Source: Candidatus Omnitrophota bacterium
GTDB lineage: Bacteria; Omnitrophota; Omnitrophia; Omnitrophales; JACROU01
Direction: 5' to 3'
DNA length: 64,000 bases
NCBI GenBank assembly: GCA_029261035.1
Contig: JAJDCD010000008.1
Location: 300,480 to 364,479 of the forward strand
Shown: in pieces, positions 17,993 to 27,379 of the stretch
Layout: every line of letters begins with the position of its first letter
How positions within the stretch are numbered: position 1 is the first letter of the stretch
Program-made: the position numbers and the translations under genes
The notes under the pieces: model-generated
The model's input: the letters and a program-made list of their open reading frames with translations, nothing else
Databases searched by the model: none
What the model was told of the DNA's origin: nothing

Positions 17993-20900
17993 TTATGCAG
18001 CGCGGGAAATGAGGAGTTGAGATTCGTTCGCTTGAATTAATGCTAAAAGAGATTCTTTAACAACAGAAAAGAACCCGTCTACTTGTTTTAATCCATACTC
18101 CATCAAAAACAAATTCTTATCTTTAGCTTGAGTGTAAAGTAGAGCTACACCCAGAAGCCCATTGTCATCATTAGGATATCTAAACTTATTACCCCCTATT
18201 AAAGCAAAATCCTTGGAAGGATCTACGGTACGTGAAAGGTGTAAATTATGCTTCGCTTTACGAACTTCTTTAGATGCTTTCTGCTCGCTATGAGAAGTAA
18301 AGTAAATATTAGGAAGGTTAAGTAAAGGGTGTTTGTTGAACGGACTTGCATTTACGACTACCACCTGAAGTTGTTTTTTGTTTCTTAACGCATATTTAAA
18401 TATTTCATCCAGTTGTTCTCGAGAGAAGTTTTTCAAATCTTCATAATTAATAAATAAATTTACTCGCTCTTTAAAAGAACTCAAAGTTGTAATATCCAAC
18501 TTGCTTTGAATCGTTGGCACGACAGCCCCCAAACTCTTCGCATCCGAAAGCCTTCTTTCATTCGGGTGTAATAGTTCAGGAAAATGCTGGCCTAAGTATT
18601 TATACCTATCACTTAGTGGCGCATACCAAACCTTAAGACTTCCATCTTCTGTAGCTGTTGCCAGACGACTTCCATCAGGGCTAAACAAAACAGAAAGAAC
18701 TGGGCTATCATGTACAAGGGGCTCGCCAAGTAAGCGCTGTGTTTTTTCTTTCCAAATACGGACAGTACCGTCATCGCTAGCTGTGGCTACCTTATCACTC
18801 TTAGGGCTTAAGACCGCCGCATTCACAGCTTGATCATGCCTCAGCTTCTTGCCAAAACGACTTGCTTTCTTTGTGTTTCTATATAACTGTCCATAATCGT
18901 TGCTCGCAACTAAAATACGGTTTCCATCAAAATTATAATCTACGTCAGCAACTGCATTTTTGTGTTTTATTTCTTCTCCCACCAGTTCTCCCGCAGCAAT
19001 GTCCCACCGATGTATCGAGTAATCTTCAGTCACGGTAAGCATCTCTGATCCTGTTCTATTAAAACGAACTAAAACCACTTTCTTCTCGTGAATAAAAACT
19101 TTTTCCAATTTCTCCCCTGATTCTCTTTGCCAAAGATAAACATGTTTATTCGATTGACTAAGAGTTGCAACCAACTCCCCACCAGGGCTCATAACTGCAA
19201 AGCTAACTGTTCCAAGAAAAGTCTTAAGTTTCTTAATAATGGGCTCTCCCGTCTCTACATCTAAAATTTGAGCTGCCTTATCTTTGCCATAAGTAACTAG
19301 CTGTAAACCATCTGGGCTAAACCTTTCTCTTCCCCTATTACTAGAAGAAAGCAACCGTTTTACTCCTAACTTCTCTTCCCACAACGAAGGAGATCCCGTA
19401 GCAAGTTCTAATTTTCTTTCTCCATTTTCTCCTGTAACAATTTTTAATACCCCACCCGTTCCCTTGCTTGTTTTCTTAGAGATAGATGCTCGTAACCTTT
19501 CAGATCTAACCATCTTTCTCACAACATTACTTTCCACCAAAAGATGTGATCCCTGTGGATTGAACTCTATATTCGTAATTGATCCATCCAATTTCAAAAA
19601 CTCTCCAACGGGACTTTGTTTTCTTTTATCAACATCCCAAACACGAACATTACCTTCATTGCCTCCTTCAACAATGTGGGTAGCATCTGGATAAAAAGCC
19701 ATTTTTCCTCCACCCCCTGAGCCTGCTTCCATTAAAAACGAATCCTTAACGGGTTGAGACCAATCAAAAACACCTTCAGAATCTATTCTTTGATTAATAA
19801 CTCGTAATACATTTGTTGTTGAAAGCATTTGTTCTAATACTTTTTTATTTTTTGCATAAATTGATTCAAATAGTATTTTCCTTATTCGTAGAAGGTCTTC
19901 TGGCCTAAGCTGGCTGACCCATTCCAACATTTCAGACTCACGAGAAAGACCTAATAGGACAAGTCGTTTTTGTTCTTTGAAATTAGGGTCCGAAAGAGAG
20001 AATGCCAAATCCCACGCTTCACTAAAATCCGGGTTATCTATAAAGGACTCTCCATCCCAAACATACTTACCCGTAGCAGAGTCTTCCTTTGGTTTAGATG
20101 GCACATCCCCTTGTTTATCACTGATAACCATCGTTCTGCCAGAGTCTTTAACTTTCCTAATCTCTACTCTCATAACCTCTACAACACGGGTTAAAAATTG
20201 TGTTGTATTGCTACCTTCATAGATATTTCTTAAATCAATATTCATTTCTGATAAAAATTCCAAAGTTATATCTCTGACACTCGGTTCAAGAGGGGCCATC
20301 ATATCATCCATGCTTCCAAAAATTTGAGTGTTAATGAACAACTCTAGATCATTAGGGTGAACAGCTTTTGCTAACAAATCTTTTGCTAGTTTATGTTCTA
20401 ACGTTTCTCCCTGACTTGATCCTAAAGATTGACCTTCATGTTCTTCTGCTACTCCTACAGCGTCCGAATGTTGCGTCAAAAACTCGGATAAAGGCTGCTT
20501 TGCTAAACGAACAGCTTTAATTTCTATAATTCTGTCTCCTCCTCCAAGCCAAGTAAGTGTGATATGAGTTAAAGGCTTTTCGGATGGAATTAATCCAACT
20601 TGCATTAACTTCCAATAATTATCTCTACCTAATTGAATATTAGCTGAAGCTAAACGAGTATCATAAGAACCTTCAGAATAATTCCATAATTCTAATAACC
20701 ATAAACCACCATCTACTGTCGAAGGGTTTCTGAATTTGATATTTACAAAATTATAATCTGATAAATCTCTCGCCCATTCCAACTTCATCCTTGCTCTTGG
20801 ATCTTCTTGAGAACCTCCTTTATTTTCATAAAAAAGAAGAGTCTCCCTCCCTGGCTTAGCCATTCTTGTGAAGAATTTAGATCCCATAGCCTCATCGTGG

Positions 20901-22651
20901 GTATAATCTAAAAGAATCGGGCCACCTTCTGGCAAGTCAACATAGAACCCTGGGTAATATTTAGAATCCGACGCTAAGCGAATAGATCTGTCTCCAGATT
21001 CTACTGAACCATAAGAAAAGACTGGCGTAGATGGTTCAGGTTTCATGGTTTGATGAATTGAACAAGACACAAGTGTGAGAACACCTCCTAAAGCTGCCAA
21101 ACCAATGGCTCCCGAAAAAAGACGCTTTAAACCCTTTCCCAAACTCGCTGCATTAGATAATACAAAACCTTCTGGATAGGCATTAAATATAAAAGGGTCT
21201 CTTTCCTTAACATCTGCTGACGGAAACACGCCTACTTCTCTTTGCCTTTGCATTAACCGAAGTCTTTGTCTTTGAGCATCAACATCCCTTAAAGCAATCT
21301 CGAAAAAAGAATGTGGCCTGGAGGCTTCACTCATTGTCTTAACATCTTCAATGCCAACACTATCTTCAGACATAATCCTTTTATATTGAGCTTGATGACG
21401 AGAACTTATTTCAGAAATACGAGGAGAAACAACAACATAGGACACACCTTTATCTTTAAGAATTTGCTTAATCGCATTTGAATGGAACCCACCAAAAACA
21501 AGAATGGCCAAATTTTCTTGAGAAAAATCGACAAACTTTCCTATATGGTTTTTTATAGACTGATCTCTAGCATTAGCAATTTCATAAAAACGAATAGATT
21601 TTTCAATATTCGATTCCCATCTCTTAGAAAGTACAATAGACTTTTTTCCATAAGAAGAAATAAAATCAATGCATTCCCGCGTATTTAAAGAGGCAAGAGA
21701 ATCTTTAACAACTTCATACTCCTCCTGAGTAATTTCTACCGCATTCAATCTTTCCAGAAGAGCAAATCCCTTATGATATCCCCAGAGCTTTAAATCCCTT
21801 TCACTATCTAAATATTGAGAAACAAGATCGTTCTCCATCAACTCAACTTCAGCAAACAAAGTCTTAGCATCTATTTTTTTCATCTGTTCTTGAGATCCTT
21901 TTACATCCACCTGCTCTAGTTCTCTTAGTAAAGCAATCGAAGGGTACCTTGAATCCAAATCTATGTTACTTAATAGCTTTTCGGTTCTTTTTAAATAGTC
22001 GAATAAATTCAATTCTTTCCTATCCAATTTTCCTCTAAGTTTCATCCATCGTTTAAGCTCATTCGGAAAGTATCTTTCTGTTAAAACTTTTATTTCTTTT
22101 TGAAGCTCACGCAGGTCGACCTTAACTTGTTGTTTAACAACAGAGGATTCTTTGTATGCCTTAATGTTTTCTAAATGCAGTTTTATTTTATCAACACCTA
22201 TCAATTTAAAATCTTTTTTACGATTAATATGAGCATACTCCGCACCGCTAATCCGAAGTTGATCCATCAAGTCAAAAGATACTTTTTCTTTAACTTTAGG
22301 ATCTTCTATGTCCCCAAAGAACTCATCACTAGGAACAGGTCCTTCATAACCTTCTTCAAAAACAGTTTGAATCCCATTTTCACTCACCATATATTGTATT
22401 ATTTTTGATATGTTCTCTTGCGCTTCTAGAGAGTCGTGCGCATCTTGAATATAGATAATTGTTTTATCACTCTTTCCAACAAAAGACTCTTCCACAGAGC
22501 CCCATTCTTTGGGAATAGTAATCGAAGCCTCCGGATCCGCATACCCCGATGGAGCATATTGAAGAACCGTGAAAAACATGAATGAAATAGACAGAAAAAT
22601 AGCGGTGGGCTTATAAAATAGATGAGGTTTTAACTTAATTTGAAACTTCAT
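17993..22651 (-). CDS. Giant modular secreted protein: IQDAH N-terminal domain, internal lipoprotein-like cargo, WD40 beta-propeller cargo, C-terminal domain ending SRAA
   Basis: Start probably MKFQIK (22651). Motifs IYIQDAH, FEEG, SGAE, VFGGFH; AASLG, GQSLG and AKSLG; internal lipobox LVSC; WD40 repeats (VATASDDGTVRIW, FSPDGSRLATATEDGSLKVW). Confidence 0.88.
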   Translation of the reverse strand: MKFQIKLKPHLFYKPTAIFLSISFMFFTVLQYAPSGYADPEASITIPKEWGSVEESFVGKSDKTIIYIQDAHDSLEAQENISKIIQYMVSENGIQTVFEEGYEGPVPSDEFFGDIEDPKVKEKVSFDLMDQLRISGAEYAHINRKKDFKLIGVDKIKLHLENIKAYKESSVVKQQVKVDLRELQKEIKVLTERYFPNELKRWMKLRGKLDRKELNLFDYLKRTEKLLSNIDLDSRYPSIALLRELEQVDVKGSQEQMKKIDAKTLFAEVELMENDLVSQYLDSERDLKLWGYHKGFALLERLNAVEITQEEYEVVKDSLASLNTRECIDFISSYGKKSIVLSKRWESNIEKSIRFYEIANARDQSIKNHIGKFVDFSQENLAILVFGGFHSNAIKQILKDKGVSYVVVSPRISEISSRHQAQYKRIMSEDSVGIEDVKTMSEASRPHSFFEIALRDVDAQRQRLRLMQRQREVGVFPSADVKERDPFIFNAYPEGFVLSNAASLGKGLKRLFSGAIGLAALGGVLTLVSCSIHQTMKPEPSTPVFSYGSVESGDRSIRLASDSKYYPGFYVDLPEGGPILLDYTHDEAMGSKFFTRMAKPGRETLLFYENKGGSQEDPRARMKLEWARDLSDYNFVNIKFRNPSTVDGGLWLLELWNYSEGSYDTRLASANIQLGRDNYWKLMQVGLIPSEKPLTHITLTWLGGGDRIIEIKAVRLAKQPLSEFLTQHSDAVGVAEEHEGQSLGSSQGETLEHKLAKDLLAKAVHPNDLELFINTQIFGSMDDMMAPLEPSVRDITLEFLSEMNIDLRNIYEGSNTTQFLTRVVEVMRVEIRKVKDSGRTMVISDKQGDVPSKPKEDSATGKYVWDGESFIDNPDFSEAWDLAFSLSDPNFKEQKRLVLLGLSRESEMLEWVSQLRPEDLLRIRKILFESIYAKNKKVLEQMLSTTNVLRVINQRIDSEGVFDWSQPVKDSFLMEAGSGGGGKMAFYPDATHIVEGGNEGNVRVWDVDKRKQSPVGEFLKLDGSITNIEFNPQGSHLLVESNVVRKMVRSERLRASISKKTSKGTGGVLKIVTGENGERKLELATGSPSLWEEKLGVKRLLSSSNRGRERFSPDGLQLVTYGKDKAAQILDVETGEPIIKKLKTFLGTVSFAVMSPGGELVATLSQSNKHVYLWQRESGEKLEKVFIHEKKVVLVRFNRTGSEMLTVTEDYSIHRWDIAAGELVGEEIKHKNAVADVDYNFDGNRILVASNDYGQLYRNTKKASRFGKKLRHDQAVNAAVLSPKSDKVATASDDGTVRIWKEKTQRLLGEPLVHDSPVLSVLFSPDGSRLATATEDGSLKVWYAPLSDRYKYLGQHFPELLHPNERRLSDAKSLGAVVPTIQSKLDITTLSSFKERVNLFINYEDLKNFSREQLDEIFKYALRNKKQLQVVVVNASPFNKHPLLNLPNIYFTSHSEQKASKEVRKAKHNLHLSRTVDPSKDFALIGGNKFRYPNDDNGLLGVALLYTQAKDKNLFLMEYGLKQVDGFFSVVKESLLALIQANESQLLISRAA

Positions 22652-22817
22652 TGACGCTCTATTCTCCCAAAGACAATAAGGAGAAATATACCACATCTCC
22701 CCCCTGTTTCCAGTCATTAGAGGATGATTTAAGTAAACAATAACCCTAACTTTTGCGGGAGTAAGTGGTTATGAAAATAGAAGGTTTTTATAGATTTAAA
22801 GAATAAGGCGGGGTTAG

Positions 22818-23726
22818 TTATTTCTTGTCTTTATACGTCTTCTTGCCCTTCCATCGTTTATGCGTCCATAACCATTGTTCTGGGTGAGCAACTATCTGTT
22901 CTTCTAATCTGCGATTCAATTCTTGTGTCAAACTCTCAATCGATGCATCTTCATGATCCTTCAAGTATATTTCTGGATGACAATAAATCTCGTACCGGCC
23001 AGGAGCAACCCTAAAACAATAAGTAGGAATCAGAGCGCATCCCGTCTTTTTTGCTAGACGAGCCGGAAGAGAAATTGTTGATGCTTTCCGACCAAAAAAG
23101 TCAACCCAAAGCTCATCGTTCCCAGCCCATTGGTCCGTAGTAATCGCAATCATATGATTCTGTTTTAAGTGGGATAGTATTTCTTTTGCCGCTCCAACTT
23201 TAGGCGTGTTCTTAACACTCACTGATTTTCTTAAACCTAAAATCCATCGATCCACAAAGGGATTTCGGACAGACCTTCCTAACACGGTGCAATCGTATTT
23301 TTTTAAATGTGGTACAAAGGCAAGATATTCCCAAGGGCCCAGATGAGACATAATCAGAATTGCCCCCTTACCCTTCGCAAAAGCCTGATCAAAATGTTCA
23401 GTGCCTTCAAGACGGATGTTTTCTTTAGACACTTTCTCAAACTTAGTAATCCTAAAAAACTCCATAATAGAAACCGTAAGATGATAAAAGGATTGTAAAG
23501 CGATCTTCTTTTTCTCTGCAACAGATTTGGAGTCACCAAAAGCAATCGTAAGGTTATCCATAGCAACTTTACGTCTTCCAGGCATTACAAAATACATAAC
23601 ACCTCCAATTCTTCTGACAATCCAAGTAGAAACAGTAATGGGCAAAAGGTTCATCAACTCCGTTACGCTTCGTAAAAGAGCATACTCAAACATTCTCCAC
23701 AAAATCTTTAATTTACTAAAAAACAA
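22818..23726 (-). CDS. Lipid A late acyltransferase, LpxL/HtrB family
   Basis: HLGPWE motif, DQ, VDFFG, PEQWLWTHKRWK. Confidence 0.9.
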   Translation of the reverse strand: MFFSKLKILWRMFEYALLRSVTELMNLLPITVSTWIVRRIGGVMYFVMPGRRKVAMDNLTIAFGDSKSVAEKKKIALQSFYHLTVSIMEFFRITKFEKVSKENIRLEGTEHFDQAFAKGKGAILIMSHLGPWEYLAFVPHLKKYDCTVLGRSVRNPFVDRWILGLRKSVSVKNTPKVGAAKEILSHLKQNHMIAITTDQWAGNDELWVDFFGRKASTISLPARLAKKTGCALIPTYCFRVAPGRYEIYCHPEIYLKDHEDASIESLTQELNRRLEEQIVAHPEQWLWTHKRWKGKKTYKDKK

Positions 23727-23928
23727 AATCGCCCCCTAAAAAAATAAAAGAACTGCTCTAAAAGGAAAGAAAGTTTGGCCCGCCAAACAAAGATGAGACA
23801 TGCCAGTGCCTTAGCGCCTGCCTACCGTTAGGTAGGTAGTTTGGTGCCCGTGAACCAGACTAATCACTTCGCTAGCGCTTTGTAGTCGGTACAGGGCTAC
23901 CAAATTAAGGAAAGAAAGTTCCTTAATT

Positions 23929-23956
23929 TGGTGGAGGCGGTTCTTTGCCCACCCTC
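23929..23956 (-). mobile_element. Degenerate duplicate of the tmRNA 3' end (att-like scar) bounding a ~3.4-kb islet
   Basis: TGGTGGAGGCGG-N9-CACCCTC here matches TGGTGGAGGCGG-N9-CACCCTC at 27380-27407. Confidence 0.6.
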
Positions 23957-24012
23957 TTTAAACTTGTCATGTCATAATGCACTAATTTTAACACATTAAT
24001 CTGTACGAATAA

Positions 24013-25848
24013 CTAACTTATTAATTTCAAATGTCTGATTCTAACTTTCCCTTTTGGAAATCGTTCTGCATTTTGATTTTCTATCACAAATGCAATATCA
24101 AAATTTTGATAAATGGGATCCGGGAAAGAAATGGATATTTTTTGCCATGCCGGCGTCACCTTAATGTGTTTTAAATATAAGTACTGTCCATTAGACTTTA
24201 ATTCTAATTTTAATAATTTAGGAAAACCTTTATTAGAAAATCCTCTTATTTGAAAATCTAACTGCTTATAATTTGGCCCTTCCATTAAATTCGGAATAAT
24301 ATACACCCCCCCATAGCTGTAACGTCTATGAACATCGTAATAAATATCCAAGTAACTCGCAATATCCTTGGGAGTTATTATTTCGTAATTAAACAAAGCT
24401 CTTCCAGATTCTTGAAATACATCTACCTTTTTATGTTCCCTTAGCAGATCAATAGTAATCCCATTTGATGATTGAACTAGAGCTTCTTCTTTAACATCTT
24501 TTCTTATGCTCTGAAATGAAAGGTGGTCTTGTTCTTCCGCCAAGAATGTGGCTGCTTTTTGAGCCCAACCTTTTTGAGTTAAATAGTCCCAAAAATAATT
24601 ACTGATCGTTTTTTGCCCATTCATAACACTCAATAGATTGGAAATAGCTAGTAACTCCATCCCTTTATCAAGGGCCAGTATATTTCGATTGATCTCCTTC
24701 GTTACAGGGTTAATTGAGTCAGAAAACCCATAATTAGGATTAAAAACATTGGAGTTCAGCTGCTGAATCTGTCTTAAATTCTGCACGCTTCCAGGTAGGT
24801 CATATTTCAATGCTAAAAACGTAGAATAGATAGTAACAAATTCACTGGGAAATTGATTATAGGCAATCTCAGGGACCCCAGCCATTTCATAACGATTTTT
24901 ATTAGGCACTTCCCCATTAGAAAATCCCCAAATACCTTGTCTACTCAGTTTCTTCCCCCGATCTTTATGAATACGAATCATATTAATTGCATTAACTCTA
25001 AAAGCATTAGGAGCCTTCTCGTCTCCAGCAATAAATTCATCTGCAAGGAGTGTTTCATATAAACTCCCTCCCCAAGGGGCTACTACTTTGATCCTCTCAT
25101 TTTCTTTTGTTTCGTATTCCCGAACCAATCTGCTTTGGTCTTTCCAAATTGCTTCGGAAAGATTTTCTTTCAATATAGCGTACAGCAGCACCATACGAGC
25201 TTCCGTATTAAGAATCAGGTAATCACTGTCTGAATAACGTTTTTCTCGAGTATCCCATCCTAAGTTCAGACGAAATTGATTATCTTTTTCCTGAAAGAAA
25301 AAAGTATAGTCTTTGTCACTCAAATAAGCTTCAATCTCTGAGGCAAATAGAGTTCCCGAATACATCTGTGATGTAATCGCCAAACAGATATCTAAAATTC
25401 CATTATCCAATGATGAAACAAATTGGGATAGCGTCACTTGAGGAATTTTTCCTTTTTTTCCCGAAACATAATACCAGTTGAAAAGAAATCCTCTATAAGT
25501 CTCCAGTTGCTTCAATTTAGAGAATAATACTATCCCTCTACTCAAAGCTTCTTTTTCAGTCAAAACCCCTCTTTGTTGAGCAAGAATCAAATGCAAAAAC
25601 CCAAAACCAATATTAGTGGGAGAAGTCTTACTAGAATAATCATTATGATAATCGATCTTTATCCCATCCCCTACAATACGTCCAATGTCCACTGGAAATT
25701 CTGTTTCTGAATCAATGAGTGCGCTAAACCCATTAAATGTAGCCTTCTCAATCTTCTTTAAATAATCCAGCTGATCTTCACTTGCCATAAGAGGCTCACA
25801 CACACCCATCAACAAATAACTTAAGAAAATAAAAGTAAAGTTTCTCAT
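24013..25848 (-). CDS. Secreted glucoamylase-family (GH144-like, probable endo-beta-1,2-glucanase) protein with a C-terminal CBM11/CIA30-like domain
   Basis: TSPTNIG, GFLFNWY, VSSLDNG, PWGGSLYE, WGFS, YGFSDSINP, LALDKGM. Start probably MRNFTF. Confidence 0.8.
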   Translation of the reverse strand: MRNFTFIFLSYLLMGVCEPLMASEDQLDYLKKIEKATFNGFSALIDSETEFPVDIGRIVGDGIKIDYHNDYSSKTSPTNIGFGFLHLILAQQRGVLTEKEALSRGIVLFSKLKQLETYRGFLFNWYYVSGKKGKIPQVTLSQFVSSLDNGILDICLAITSQMYSGTLFASEIEAYLSDKDYTFFFQEKDNQFRLNLGWDTREKRYSDSDYLILNTEARMVLLYAILKENLSEAIWKDQSRLVREYETKENERIKVVAPWGGSLYETLLADEFIAGDEKAPNAFRVNAINMIRIHKDRGKKLSRQGIWGFSNGEVPNKNRYEMAGVPEIAYNQFPSEFVTIYSTFLALKYDLPGSVQNLRQIQQLNSNVFNPNYGFSDSINPVTKEINRNILALDKGMELLAISNLLSVMNGQKTISNYFWDYLTQKGWAQKAATFLAEEQDHLSFQSIRKDVKEEALVQSSNGITIDLLREHKKVDVFQESGRALFNYEIITPKDIASYLDIYYDVHRRYSYGGVYIIPNLMEGPNYKQLDFQIRGFSNKGFPKLLKLELKSNGQYLYLKHIKVTPAWQKISISFPDPIYQNFDIAFVIENQNAERFPKGKVRIRHLKLIS

Positions 25849-25853
25849 CAATT

Positions 25854-26114
25854 TTATTCCTCCAATCGTTGCAATAACGCCTTTTCCTGATTTAAGTTCA
25901 CAAAACAAATTTGTTCTATACCTTCTAAATTCTCATCGACAAATATAAAGGTTGTTTTATGAACACGAAAGACCTTAGCCGCTTTCGTTTGAACATGTCC
26001 TTTTTCAATTAAATGAATCTCCTTATTTAACACCTCTAATCCAACTTCTTGAGAATAGTTTAACTCCCCATAAAGATTTTTTATGATTTGCCCCATAACA
26101 TTTGCAGTATTCAT
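25854..26114 (-). CDS. Hypothetical protein
   Basis: 86-aa ORF with strong RBS AAGGAGG, directly downstream of a LacI-type operator. Confidence 0.65.
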   Translation of the reverse strand: MNTANVMGQIIKNLYGELNYSQEVGLEVLNKEIHLIEKGHVQTKAAKVFRVHKTTFIFVDENLEGIEQICFVNLNQEKALLQRLEE

Positions 26115-26133
26115 AGATTTCCTCCTTAATAAA

Positions 26134-26147
26134 TGTAAACGGTTACA
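26134..26147. promoter_or_regulatory. LacI-type operator (TGTAAACGGTTACA)
   Basis: Near-perfect palindrome with central CG; one mismatch to the site at 27196. Confidence 0.8.
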
Positions 26148-26163
26148 TTGTTAAATAAAAATT

Positions 26164-27180
26164 TTATCCGCTTTTTCCTATTACCAATTTAGGATCAAAC
26201 TTGATTCTTTGTATAACTTTAACTGAGTTGTCCATTACCTCAATTAAGACTCTTACAGCCTTTTCCCCCATTTTTTCCAGAGGTTGTTCTATCGTTGTTA
26301 CTTCACACCAATCCGCCTCTTTTAGTTGTGAGCCATCAAACCCTACAACAGCAATATCTTCTGGAACTTTTATTTTCAAATGCTTTAACGCTTTAATCAC
26401 CCCTCTAGCAATATCATCATTTGCTCCAAAAAAAACATCAGGTTTTTTTTGTGTATTCCATTGAGACAGAACGCTGTGATAAGCAGCCTCTACTTCAAAA
26501 CGACTAGAATTAATATTGAAGTTATTGTCTAATTTAAAATTCATTTTTTTTGCTAAGGTTTTAAAAAATTGATACCTCGCTTTTGCATCATAAGAAACAT
26601 ATTCTGGACCTCTAATCATCCCTATTTTATGATACCCTTTTTTCTTAAAATGTTTTAGCAGCTCTTCAACTCCATGCTTTTGATCAGCATAAACTATATG
26701 AGTATTTATTTTGTTATGATAATCATTTATTAAAACAGCTGGGATATGTGAAGAACCCCCAATATTCTGCACCACTTTAGGGAACAAATTCCAATTCAAT
26801 AAAATGATTCCATCCACAAGGTACTGGTCAACTATACTTTTAAGCGTAATACCCTCTTGATCTTCATCTCGGATTAAAATCCATTTTAAGTCATAACTTG
26901 TTTCCTTAATCCCTTCAATAATCCCTGATATTAATCGCTGAAAATAAGGACTTAATACAATGTCAGAGGAAAAAGTTGTAACCATACCAATTGTTTCTGT
27001 TTTATTTTTCGAAAGTATACGAGCCGCCCTATTGGGGATGTAATTAAGGCTTTTAATTACAGCATTCACTTTTTTACGAGTTTCTTCCCGTACCAATTCT
27101 CTTTTTTCAGGGTCCAGACACCGAGAAACAGTGGCAACAGATACTCCTGCTTTTTTTGCAATCTCCCGAATTCCAAGCAT
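26164..27180 (-). CDS. LacI-family transcriptional repressor
   Basis: IREIAKKAGVSVATVSR HTH, YIPNRAARIL hinge, VPEDIAVVGFD, TTIEQP. Confidence 0.96.
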   Translation of the reverse strand: MLGIREIAKKAGVSVATVSRCLDPEKRELVREETRKKVNAVIKSLNYIPNRAARILSKNKTETIGMVTTFSSDIVLSPYFQRLISGIIEGIKETSYDLKWILIRDEDQEGITLKSIVDQYLVDGIILLNWNLFPKVVQNIGGSSHIPAVLINDYHNKINTHIVYADQKHGVEELLKHFKKKGYHKIGMIRGPEYVSYDAKARYQFFKTLAKKMNFKLDNNFNINSSRFEVEAAYHSVLSQWNTQKKPDVFFGANDDIARGVIKALKHLKIKVPEDIAVVGFDGSQLKEADWCEVTTIEQPLEKMGEKAVRVLIEVMDNSVKVIQRIKFDPKLVIGKSG

Positions 27181-27195
27181 TTTTACCTCCTTTAA

Positions 27196-27238
27196 TGTAA
27201 CCGGTTACAAATATAACAAACTAATAACAGTCTGTCAA
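27196..27238 (-). promoter_or_regulatory. Sigma70 promoter of lacI with an overlapping operator
   Basis: TTGACA (27238-27233), 17-bp spacer, TATATT (27215-27210), then the perfect palindrome TGTAACCGGTTACA (27196-27209). Confidence 0.8.
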
Positions 27239-27379
27239 ATCTATTTCCTGCAATATCTAAGTGAAATTCATTACCGAATTGATACTAACTCAGGTCTCAA
27301 CTAAGAGCAGATTTCAAAAGTACACTGTTTTTGTAATACAACAACTCTATTAGGTATTCATCCTGGTTTACTGCCAAGA

